Shown one piece after another: positions 56,417-64,000 of a stretch of DNA of 64,000 bases (position 1 is its first letter; every line of letters starts with the position of its first letter). Location: contig JBCCHT010000030.1 of NCBI GenBank assembly GCA_039028615.1, forward strand, positions 92,151 to 156,150, written 5' to 3'. Under the pieces are notes generated by a model. The model ran no database searches. It was not told the origin of the DNA and worked only from the letters and a program-made list of their open reading frames with translations. Origin of the DNA: Myxococcota bacterium (GTDB lineage: Bacteria > Myxococcota_A > Polyangia > Nannocystales > Nannocystaceae). Both the position numbers and the translations under genes were made by a program.

Positions 56417-58006
56417 CTAGCGCAGCGACTTCACGAACGCGGCCATGTTGTCGAGGTCCGCGTCGGTGACCTTGCCCTTGTAGGGCTTCATCTTGGTCCC
56501 GGGCACGCCGTTGGCGATGATGGCACGGATCTTCGACTGCGAGCGACCGGTCCCGCGCAGCGAGCTGATCTCGAGCTTGCGACCGAAGGGAGTGTCGCCC
56601 TTGCCGTCGGCACCGTGGCAGGTCTTGCACTTCTTGAGGAACAGCGCCTTGCCGGCCGCCTTGTCGGCCTTGGGCTTCGGCGGAGCCTTGGGCTTCGGCT
56701 TGGGCTTGGGCTGCGCGTCCTTGGGCTCCTTGGCCTTCGGCTTCTTGGCCTTCGGCTTCTTCGGCTTCTTGGCCTTCGGCTCCTCGGCGGGCGGCGTGGC
56801 CTCGACGGGCTCGGCCGGGGTGGCTTCACCCCCCTCGGCACCCGCTTCGGTCGGCGTACCGCCCTCGGCGGTCGGCTCGGTGCCCTCGGCCGCGGCTTCG
56901 GCCGGTTCGGGCTCGGGCTCGGGCGGCGGCGCTTCGACGTCCGCCGGGGTCTCTGCGACGGCCTTGGCCGGGTAGCGCACCGCGAGATAGGCCGAGAGCA
57001 AGCTGACCTCTTCGTCGGTCATCTCGGCGCCCTCTTCCACCATGGCGGCGATCACCGAGCGCCAGCCGGCCTCGTCGTCGCCCCCGTGGTTCTCCGTCTC
57101 GTCGAGTTCGTGACAGTCGATGCACTTGGCCTCGAGCAGGGCTGCCCCCGCCGCTTCGTCGACCTTCTTGCTGGGCGCGGCCTCGGCCTCGTGTGCCGCA
57201 TCGACCATGCGCTCGGTCCGGGCCGCCACCTCGCGGTTCTGCTCGCGCTTGCGCTTGGCCGACTTCTGGATCTCGGGCGTGATCGCGGCCAGGTACGCGG
57301 TGACGTAGGGGATGTCGTCGGGCTCGAGCGGATCGCCGAACACGGCCGGCTTGTCGAGCATGCGCTCGCTGACCTTGAACCAGCCCTTGGCCGTGCGGGG
57401 CTTGGCCAGGATGGTGCGCATGTCGTGGCACGTGATGCACTGACGCACGAGCACCTCGCGGCCGCGAGCAAACCCTTTTTCGGTGACGAGGGCATCGCGA
57501 TCGACCCCCTCGCCCATGTCTATCTCGGCGAGCAGCGTCTTTACGCGCTCGATGTTGTCGGGGTCGGTGGTGCGACCTTTGAGGTCATGGGCCTGCAAGG
57601 CGTAGGGCACCGACAGCGTGGTCATGGCCACGGTGCAGATCAGCAGGCCGAAGCCGAACTGAGGCATCGACTCCTCGAAGTGCCGGAAGAACACCAAGAT
57701 CATGATCTTGGTGATCAGCAGCACGCCGATGGCGATGGCGAGCACGGCGTGGAAGACCGTGCGGGCGGGCAGCTCGTACTGGTACTCCCACAGTCGCGGG
57801 AGCATGTGCCACATCATGAAGACATAGATGATCCCGTAGCTGTAGCCGGCCAGCGCGTGCATCCGCAGCCAGAACTTCGGCGCTTCGGTCTTCTTCTTTT
57901 CTTCGTTCCAGAACTTCGGGCCCCATAACCAGGCCTGCAGCAAGACGGCGATGATGGCGAGCATCAAGAACGTGATGCCCAGCCACATGCTGAGAGTGGT
58001 GCTCAT
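56417..58006 (-). CDS. membrane-anchored tri-heme c-type cytochrome
   Basis: Four N-terminal TM helices, then three CxxCH motifs (CITCHD, CIDCHE, CKTCHG) separated by an acidic/Pro-rich and Lys-Pro-rich (KPKKPKAKKPKAKEPK) linker. Confidence 0.7.
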   Translation of the reverse strand: MSTTLSMWLGITFLMLAIIAVLLQAWLWGPKFWNEEKKKTEAPKFWLRMHALAGYSYGIIYVFMMWHMLPRLWEYQYELPARTVFHAVLAIAIGVLLITKIMILVFFRHFEESMPQFGFGLLICTVAMTTLSVPYALQAHDLKGRTTDPDNIERVKTLLAEIDMGEGVDRDALVTEKGFARGREVLVRQCITCHDMRTILAKPRTAKGWFKVSERMLDKPAVFGDPLEPDDIPYVTAYLAAITPEIQKSAKRKREQNREVAARTERMVDAAHEAEAAPSKKVDEAAGAALLEAKCIDCHELDETENHGGDDEAGWRSVIAAMVEEGAEMTDEEVSLLSAYLAVRYPAKAVAETPADVEAPPPEPEPEPAEAAAEGTEPTAEGGTPTEAGAEGGEATPAEPVEATPPAEEPKAKKPKKPKAKKPKAKEPKDAQPKPKPKPKAPPKPKADKAAGKALFLKKCKTCHGADGKGDTPFGRKLEISSLRGTGRSQSKIRAIIANGVPGTKMKPYKGKVTDADLDNMAAFVKSLR

Positions 58007-58151
58007 TGTTCCTCCGGGATGGGTGGTATGCGGTGGCGCCGGGGGCGGTTACCTGGCGAGTTCGCGGGACGGCGATCTGTGGGGGAGACCGAGCGAGCCC
58101 GTCACGGGTCCGCACCCTTCACGTACCACTTTCGCGTGCAGGGCGGGGGGA

Positions 58152-58979
58152 CTAATCCGGCCCTGGCTGGCATCGTGGGCACCAATACGTCGATCGAGCC
58201 ATTCGTCCCTCGGTGCTCCGACGAACCCGCGTGCCGCATCGCAGGCACGGCAATCCGGCACGACGGTACACGTGGAATCGAGGCGAGACCGACCGCCGAC
58301 GCAGCAGCGGATCGGGTCGGTCGCCGCCCTCGACGGTGATGCGCGGACCCGGGCCCAGGTTCTTGCGCATCAGCTCGGACCCGGTCTTGAACAGCGTTAG
58401 TAGCGCGTCGTCGTCGAGCGAAGCCACCCGTCGCCAGGGATAGACTCGGGCACTGAACAGGACCTCAGAGCGATACACGTTGCCCAAACCACTGGCCACG
58501 CGTTGGTTCAACAGCAGATCGGTGATCGCTTCGTCACGATGGCCAGGCGCCCGCGCTCGAGCGACGACGGACTCGAAGTCGACCTCGGGCGCCAACAGGT
58601 CGGGGCCCAAGCGGCGCAGCTCCTGCTCCAGCCGCATGTCTCGGTAGGGGCGTAACTCGTGGCGCATCGAACCGTAGACCACCAAAACGGTGGCGGGCAC
58701 GGCCAGCGCCAACGTGGCCGCATGCGCGGCCCGATCCCAGGGCCGCGTGGCGTCGAGCAAACGCCAGCGCCCCTTGAGGCCCAAGTGCACCCGCACGGTG
58801 AACCGGCGATCGATCAGCACGAGCAGGTTCTTGCCCACCGCTTCGATGCGATCGATCGCGTGACCACGCACGGCCGCGACCTCTCCTCGCTCACGGAGCC
58901 GAAGGTGTTCCACCGGCTGCCCCACGAAGGCCGGACGCAGCGTGGCCGCGAGCTTGTGAAGCGAATCGCCCTCGGGCAT
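58152..58979 (-). CDS. nei: Fpg/Nei-family DNA glycosylase (endonuclease VIII-like)
   Basis: N-terminal MPEGDSLH (catalytic Pro2/Glu3), an H2TH region, and a C-terminal zinc finger CLRCGTRV...YWCPRCQ. Confidence 0.8.
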   Translation of the reverse strand: MPEGDSLHKLAATLRPAFVGQPVEHLRLRERGEVAAVRGHAIDRIEAVGKNLLVLIDRRFTVRVHLGLKGRWRLLDATRPWDRAAHAATLALAVPATVLVVYGSMRHELRPYRDMRLEQELRRLGPDLLAPEVDFESVVARARAPGHRDEAITDLLLNQRVASGLGNVYRSEVLFSARVYPWRRVASLDDDALLTLFKTGSELMRKNLGPGPRITVEGGDRPDPLLRRRSVSPRFHVYRRAGLPCLRCGTRVRRSTEGRMARSTYWCPRCQPGPD

Positions 58980-59096
58980 GGCAACGCGTCTCCGCGCGTT
59001 TACGCTAGTCGGCGGCTCGCGAGCGTGTCAAACGGGCGTCCGCGCCCCGAGGGTTGAGCCCGTGCCCGCGCTTGGGCAGGATTGTTCGTTGCCGCG

Positions 59097-59711
59097 ATGA
59101 GCGATGCCCCGACCACGATCCGAGACCGCCTGCGCGCCCTGCCGTGGCGCAAGATCGGGGGGTGGATCGCGCTGAGCGGAGCGCTGACCTGGAGCGGCCT
59201 GGCGTGGTGCCTGCACCGCCACGGGCTCGACCGACACCCCAGCGAAGGACAGTGGGACGCGATCGTCGTGCTGGGCGCCCGGGTCTACCCCGGCGGCGTC
59301 CCTAGCGTGACCCTGGTCGAGCGCGTTCGGATCGCGGCGCAGCTGCACGCGGAAGGCCGAGCGCCCACCGTGGTGCTGACCGGGGGCGTGGGCGATGTCG
59401 AGGTCTCGGAGGCCGAGGTGGCGGCCGACCTCGCGGCGGAGTTCGGCGTCCCTCGTGATGCGCTCGTGCTCGAGATGCGATCCACCTCGACCGAGCAGAA
59501 CGCCCGCTTCGCGGCCGAGCTCTTCGACGGGCGGCGGGTGCTGCTGGTCACCGACGCCTATCACGTGCTGCGAAGCGAGCGGGTCTTTGCCCGCTACTTC
59601 GACGAGGTCCACGCGGTCGGCATGGTGCACCCCCGCGTGTGGCCCCGCGTTCGTGGTTCGCTGCGCGAGGTCGCGGCCATCGCCGCCTATGCCGTGCGCG
59701 GCCGGCTCTGA
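59097..59711 (+). CDS. YdcF/ElyC/SanA (DUF218) family protein
   Basis: TM segment, then DAIVVLGARVYPGGVPSVTLVERVRIAAQLHAEGRAPTVVLTGG, typical of DUF218. Confidence 0.7.
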   Translation: MSDAPTTIRDRLRALPWRKIGGWIALSGALTWSGLAWCLHRHGLDRHPSEGQWDAIVVLGARVYPGGVPSVTLVERVRIAAQLHAEGRAPTVVLTGGVGDVEVSEAEVAADLAAEFGVPRDALVLEMRSTSTEQNARFAAELFDGRRVLLVTDAYHVLRSERVFARYFDEVHAVGMVHPRVWPRVRGSLREVAAIAAYAVRGRL

Positions 59712-59726
59712 GCACGAGCGGCCGGG

Positions 59727-60761
59727 CTACTGCGGCTCGGCGTCGCTGAAGGTACACCCGTCGGAGCCACAAAAGCCGGTGCAGCACTCGAAGTTGGCCG
59801 AGCAGGGCTGCGCCAGGGCGAGGCAGCAGCCGGCGGTGGACAGGCTCGAGCAATCGTTGGTGCAAGCCATGGTGCCGCCGCCGAACTGGGGGCCCTGCAT
59901 TACACAGGTAGCTCCGCCGACGTCGTTGCCGTCGCAGACCTCGGTGCCTTCGCGGAGCCCGTCGCCGCAGTAGGTGCAGTCGCTGGCGTCGATGGTGCAC
60001 GCGTCGGTGCAGCTGAGCGCGCCGCCCGAGACCGTCGTGTCCACGGGGGCGAAGGTCTCGCAGGTTCGGCCCCCGAAGTCGTGGGTGTCGCACTGCTCGT
60101 CGCCCTCGGCGACCCCGTCGCCGCAGCGCAAGCACTCGCTGGTGTCGACGGCGGTGCAGTCGTCGGCGCAGGCGATCGGGCCGCCCGCGAACCCTTCGCC
60201 CTTGCAGGTGGTGTCGATGTTCGTGCCGTCGCAGACCTCGACGCCCAGCTGGATGAACAGGTCGCCGCAGGTCGCCGCGGTGCAGCTGGGCAGGCAGGCG
60301 CCGGTCTCGGAGTTGGCGGGGCCCTCGTCGCACTCCTCGGGCGCCTGCACCTGGCCATCACCGCAGCTGGGCGGGCCGCACTCGTTGCTGCACTCGTCGT
60401 CGTCGATGTCGTTGCCGTCGTCGCACAGCTCGCTGTGCGCGACGTAGCCGTCCCCGCACACGTTGATCTGGCAGTCGACCCGGCAGTAGTCCCCCGCCCC
60501 GTTGTCCGGGCCCAGGTCGCACTCCTCGTCCTCACCGACCTTCCCGTCGCCGCAGCCTTCGCCCGGGTCTTCGCCTTTGTCGTCGTCCGAGGGGTTGCCC
60601 GGCGTGCTCGTAGCCCCGATGCCGTCGGCGGGCGAGGACTCGACGCCGTCGTCGATCTGCGTCGTGCTGCCCTCGTCGTCCGCCCCCAGCGGCGAGGGCG
60701 GGTTGGGCAGACCGACGCATGCACAAAGCAGGGTCGGAAGCAGCAACAGACAGTGGCGCAT
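59727..60761 (-). CDS. lipoprotein with Myxococcus cysteine-rich repeats
   Basis: MRHCLLLLPTLLCAC lipobox. Repeated CGDGxVxxxEECDxG / CxDxxxDxECSNEC units, e.g. CGDGKVGEDEECDLGPDNG, CGDGQVQAPEECDEGPAN, CGDGVAEGDEQCDTHD, CGDGLREGTEVCDGND. Confidence 0.7.
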   Translation of the reverse strand: MRHCLLLLPTLLCACVGLPNPPSPLGADDEGSTTQIDDGVESSPADGIGATSTPGNPSDDDKGEDPGEGCGDGKVGEDEECDLGPDNGAGDYCRVDCQINVCGDGYVAHSELCDDGNDIDDDECSNECGPPSCGDGQVQAPEECDEGPANSETGACLPSCTAATCGDLFIQLGVEVCDGTNIDTTCKGEGFAGGPIACADDCTAVDTSECLRCGDGVAEGDEQCDTHDFGGRTCETFAPVDTTVSGGALSCTDACTIDASDCTYCGDGLREGTEVCDGNDVGGATCVMQGPQFGGGTMACTNDCSSLSTAGCCLALAQPCSANFECCTGFCGSDGCTFSDAEPQ

Positions 60762-60978
60762 CGTGAAGTCCCGCGCGTGCCCCCCAAAGGCACCCAACCG
60801 GGTTGAATTCATACCCGTTCAACGTTCTGAGGCAAGGTACGCGTAAGGGTTTTACTCCGGGACCGTCCTCACGGAGCGAAGCCGAACACGCGTCGAAGCG
60901 AGCGAAACCATCGGCGGCGCGCCGCCGAGACCCGGTGGTTTCGCCCGGGGCAGGGCCGAGGCGATCGCGGTGCAATCG

Positions 60979-63000
60979 CTACAGAGCGACACGCAGCGAC
61001 ACCTTGCGGGTGCTGCCTTCGCGGAAGGTCGCCCCGCCGACACCCGCCAGCAGACAGCTGCGCAGCTCCGCGCTGACCCCTGCAGCGGTGCGCGTCACGA
61101 CCTTGCCCTTCGAGCTGACGATGAGATCTACGGTGACGGTTTGGCCGCTTCCGTGCTCCTTGCATTTGCGCGCCACCGACTTCGCAAGTCGCGCGCTGAC
61201 CTGGCTGTCTTCGCCGGGCCCCGTCGGCGCGGGCGCGGGCGCGGGCTTCCGAGTCTTGGGCGAACCGGACTTACGAGACTTCGAGCGCGACGACTTCTTC
61301 TTCGCGCTCGGAACTTCGGCCGCGGGCTCGGGCTCGTTGGGTTCGGGCGCCGCCACGGCGTCGGGCGACGCGGGCTCGGCTGCGGCCGCGTCGACTTCGG
61401 CGGGCGTCGCATCGGGAGCGGCTGCCTCTTCGGCCGAGTCGGCGGCGACCGGAGCACCCGCGGCGGCTTCGTCGTCGGCCTCGGACTCCGGCTCGTTGGT
61501 CATGGCGAGCCCCTTTGCGCTCACCGGATCGGGATCACTGGAGCTCAGCGCCATCACCCCTGCGGTCCCGGCCCCACCGAGCACCAGGATGCCGATGAGA
61601 CCGGCCAGCACCACCCCCGCTCCGCCGCGCTTTTCTGGCGGCGGTGCGGGTCGCAGCTGCGGACTCGTCTCCACCCCGGTGATCGCCCCCACCGAAGGGA
61701 AGGTCGCGATGCGTTCGTCGCGAAGGCCTTCGTTGCGCCCCGTGGCGCCCGTGCTGGGATCGTCGACGAGGCTGCCCCCGGGGTCGGGCGACGGCGAAGG
61801 CGGAGGCGGCAGGGTGCCTCCCGCGGGCACGTGCTGCGCGACGGCGGAGCCGGGCGTCGACGCGGCCGCGCCTCCCGGCGGCAGCACCGTGTTGCCGGGC
61901 GCTGAACGATCGCGATGGCCCATCTCCCCGTGTGCCACCGACGAAGGCCGACGCGGTGTCGTGGCCACGACGGCGGTGGACGCCCCCACGGGAGTCCACT
62001 GCGTCGACGACTGACCGGCCCGACTACGAGGGCCTCGCCCCGCCCCCGATCCCGATCCGGCGGGCACCGTGGCGCCTGGATCCCGGGTGCGGTGGGGAGC
62101 CACGGGCGGAGCGGCGCTGCCCCGCGCTCGCGCCGACACCCCGGCCAGCGCCAGCCCCAGCTCGTCCATCGTGGAGTAGCGCTGGGTGGCGTCCTTGGCC
62201 ATGGCCCGCAGCACGATCGTCTCGACCTCGGGAGGGATCAGCGGATCGTGCTCGCGAGGCGGCTTCGGCTGCTCCTCGACGTGCTTTTTGAGGATCTCGA
62301 ACGCGCTCTTGCCCGTGAATGGCACCACGCCCGTGAGCAGCTGATAGGCCACGACTCCGACGGCATAGATGTCGATCCGCGGGTCATTCGAAGAGCCGTA
62401 GGCCTGCTCGGGGGCCATGTACTTGGCCGTGCCCATGACCTCGCCCGCCCCCGTGAGGCTCGCCCCCATGGACTTGTCGGTATTCGAATCGGACGAAGAC
62501 TTGGCGATGCCGAAGTCCAACAACTTGATGAAGTCGTGGTGCCCTCGAGCATTGAGCACGTAGAAGTTGGCCGGCTTGATGTCGCGATGAATGATGTTGC
62601 GTTCGTGGGTCGCGGCCAGAGCCTTGACGATCTGCAACAAGATGTTTCGCGTACGAGCCCACGACAGCGAGCCCTCGGCGTGCAGCAAGGCCGCCAGATC
62701 GCAGCCATCGAGGAACTCCATCGCGTAAAAGGCCGCCCCGTCCGGGGTCTCGCCGAAGTCGAGGATCTGCACGACGTTGGGGTGCTGGATCTTCGAGGCG
62801 GCCTTGGCCTCGCGAAGGAAGCGTTGTTGAGAGCGACTGTCGTCGGCGAACTTGTTCAGCAACACCTTGACCGCGACCGGACGATCGAGGGTCTGGTCGA
62901 TGCCCGCATAGACCTGCCCCATGCCTCCGGCACCGAGCAACTCGGTGAGGCGATAACGCTCCTTGAGCGTCTTTCCGCAGAGGTCTTGTGCGGCGGGCAT
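60979..63000 (-). CDS. Ser/Thr protein kinase with TM segment and C-terminal domain
   Basis: LGAGGMGQVYAGID, AVKVL, HRDIKPANFYV, DFGIAK, GTAKYMAPEQ. TM AGVVLAGLIGILVLGGAG. Pro/Ala/Glu-rich linker and Lys-rich SAKKKSSRSKSRKSGSPKTRK. Confidence 0.85.
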   Translation of the reverse strand: MPAAQDLCGKTLKERYRLTELLGAGGMGQVYAGIDQTLDRPVAVKVLLNKFADDSRSQQRFLREAKAASKIQHPNVVQILDFGETPDGAAFYAMEFLDGCDLAALLHAEGSLSWARTRNILLQIVKALAATHERNIIHRDIKPANFYVLNARGHHDFIKLLDFGIAKSSSDSNTDKSMGASLTGAGEVMGTAKYMAPEQAYGSSNDPRIDIYAVGVVAYQLLTGVVPFTGKSAFEILKKHVEEQPKPPREHDPLIPPEVETIVLRAMAKDATQRYSTMDELGLALAGVSARARGSAAPPVAPHRTRDPGATVPAGSGSGAGRGPRSRAGQSSTQWTPVGASTAVVATTPRRPSSVAHGEMGHRDRSAPGNTVLPPGGAAASTPGSAVAQHVPAGGTLPPPPSPSPDPGGSLVDDPSTGATGRNEGLRDERIATFPSVGAITGVETSPQLRPAPPPEKRGGAGVVLAGLIGILVLGGAGTAGVMALSSSDPDPVSAKGLAMTNEPESEADDEAAAGAPVAADSAEEAAAPDATPAEVDAAAAEPASPDAVAAPEPNEPEPAAEVPSAKKKSSRSKSRKSGSPKTRKPAPAPAPTGPGEDSQVSARLAKSVARKCKEHGSGQTVTVDLIVSSKGKVVTRTAAGVSAELRSCLLAGVGGATFREGSTRKVSLRVAL

Positions 63001-63130
63001 GGACGGTGTCCGAACTCCGATTGTCGGACAGGGTGACCACACGACACAACTGGCCACCCGCGGGGCAAGTTGCCCCCGAGAGGTTGACGACTCCTACCGG
63101 TGAGCGATCATGACTGTCTCGACACTGGTC

Positions 63131-64000
63131 ATGTTCAATCGAAGGACTCCATTCGTTGCTTCCATCGCAACTTCAGTGGCGTTGGTCACGACTCTCGGTG
63201 GCCTCCCAACAATGGCCATGGCCGCCCCGGCAGAGGGCGATTTCGAGCAATTGTTGGCCAATGCCGATGGACACGCGATGGAGGGCCGACATGCCGAGGC
63301 CCTGACCGAATACGAACTGGCCTTTGCCGCCATGCCCGCTCACCTTCGCGCAACCAGCGTCGGTGAGCTCGTCGTCATCGCAGCGAGCAAGTCGGCGCTC
63401 GAAGACTACGAAGCGCGCGGAGATGTCGAGTCGCTCAAACGAGGCCGGGCGCTGCTCGTCGACTTCATCGTCGCGGTCTCGTCCAACGCGGGCTCCAATC
63501 CGCCCTCGCTCGCGCCGGCCCGAGAAAAACTCGACGAGCTCGAGGCTGCGGCTCCGTCGTCGAAGGCGGTGCCGCGACCAGAACCCGAGCCCGAGCCGGA
63601 GCCACAGCCCGAGCCCGAACCCGAGCCACAACCCGAACCCGAGTCGGCCGAACCCGAGCCTTCCGATCTGCAGCCGGTCCAGCCCGGGGAAGACCAGCCA
63701 CCGCGCGATCGCAAAGGCACGCTCGGACTCGCGCTGACGATCTCCGGCGGGGTCGCGACCCTGGGCGGGCTGGCGCTGATCGTGGCGGGGACCCAGCAGG
63801 TCCCATGGTTCCAGCGAAAGATGGAAGAGCTGGGCTGGACCCCCGACCACCCCGACTACACCACCGAGGCCGCCCGAGCCGAGCGCACCCGGAACATCGA
63901 CATCGGCGTGGGAGCGGGGCTGGCCGTGGTGGGCATCGGCGTGGGCGTGGCGGGAGCGGTGCTGCTGGCGCGAAGCAAGAAGGGCGCCGACGATCGGGTC
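63131..64000 (+). CDS. secreted protein with (PEPEPQ)n repeat and C-terminal TM segments; 3' end outside window
   Basis: Manual translation from ATG at ~63131: signal peptide MFNRRTPFVASIATSVALVTTLGGLPTMAMAAP, then a helical domain, PEPEPEPEPQPEPEPEPQPEPE, and hydrophobic GLALTISGGVATLGGLALIVAG and GAGLAVVGIGVGVAGAVLLA. No stop before the window end, so it is not in the ORF track. Confidence 0.45.
   Translation, partial: MFNRRTPFVASIATSVALVTTLGGLPTMAMAAPAEGDFEQLLANADGHAMEGRHAEALTEYELAFAAMPAHLRATSVGELVVIAASKSALEDYEARGDVESLKRGRALLVDFIVAVSSNAGSNPPSLAPAREKLDELEAAAPSSKAVPRPEPEPEPEPQPEPEPEPQPEPESAEPEPSDLQPVQPGEDQPPRDRKGTLGLALTISGGVATLGGLALIVAGTQQVPWFQRKMEELGWTPDHPDYTTEAARAERTRNIDIGVGAGLAVVGIGVGVAGAVLLARSKKGADDRV
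63579..63662 (+). repeat. GAGCCC/GAACCC hexanucleotide tandem repeat encoding Pro-Glu dipeptide repeats
   Basis: ccagaacccgagcccgagccggagccacagcccgagcccgaacccgagccacaacccgaacccgag, visible directly in the sequence. Confidence 0.6.

Noticed and set aside
56684-56790. DNA tandem repeats (cttcggctt / cttggcctt) and the GAGCCC repeat at 63579-63662 as possible CRISPR or mobile repeats
   Set aside because: Both lie inside ORFs and encode low-complexity Lys-Pro or Pro-Glu peptide repeats. There are no spacer-repeat periodicity and no cas genes.

Overview
This 64-kb window is about 70% GC and almost certainly comes from a myxobacterium (Myxococcota). The evidence is a MYXO-CTERM sorting signal, Myxococcus cysteine-rich repeats, putative metal-binding (MopE-like) repeats, six Hanks-type Ser/Thr kinases and a dozen lipobox lipoproteins. 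I found no rRNA, tRNA, CRISPR array or transposase/integrase. About 48 genes are supportable.

Recognisable housekeeping and accessory genes:
- Two LysR regulators and one ECF sigma factor.
- A class III alcohol / S-(hydroxymethyl)glutathione dehydrogenase, a quinone oxidoreductase, a crotonase and a Maf-like protein.
- A Fpg/Nei DNA glycosylase, a YdcF/DUF218 protein, a DUF1801 protein, a TerB-like protein and a MobA-like nucleotidyltransferase.
- A Na/Pi cotransporter with a PhoU tail, a membrane tri-heme cytochrome c and three metallo-beta-lactamase-fold hydrolases.

The most notable observations:
1. An 854-aa bacterial homologue of the eukaryotic major vault protein (34524..37088, minus strand). 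It has vault repeats, a shoulder domain and a C-terminal coiled coil. It sits directly downstream of a Ser/Thr kinase with TPR repeats, behind an AT-rich palindromic island.
2. A translationally coupled operon on the plus strand (21193..25806): thymidylate-kinase-like P-loop kinase fused to a HEAT-like domain, a lipoprotein, a VTC/CYTH-like polyphosphate-polymerase-type domain, and a Lys-rich outer-membrane beta-barrel that looks like a phosphate porin. A DUF4956-like membrane protein and the Na/Pi-PhoU transporter lie next to it, suggesting an envelope polyphosphate/phosphate module.
3. A head-to-head pair of paralogous AAA+/STAND-type ATPases, each with a C-terminal sigma-70 region-4-like HTH.
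4. A head-to-head pair of paralogous STK-TPR kinases whose annotated start codons overlap.
5. A tandem duplication of a single-pass membrane protein.
6. A lipoprotein carrying a PEP-synthase/PPDK-type ATP-binding domain, which would place it outside the cytoplasm.

Many long ORFs in the six-frame track are antisense shadow ORFs typical of high-GC DNA and were rejected. Start codons are inferred from signal peptides, family alignments and start/stop overlaps, so several are uncertain to within a few tens of nucleotides.
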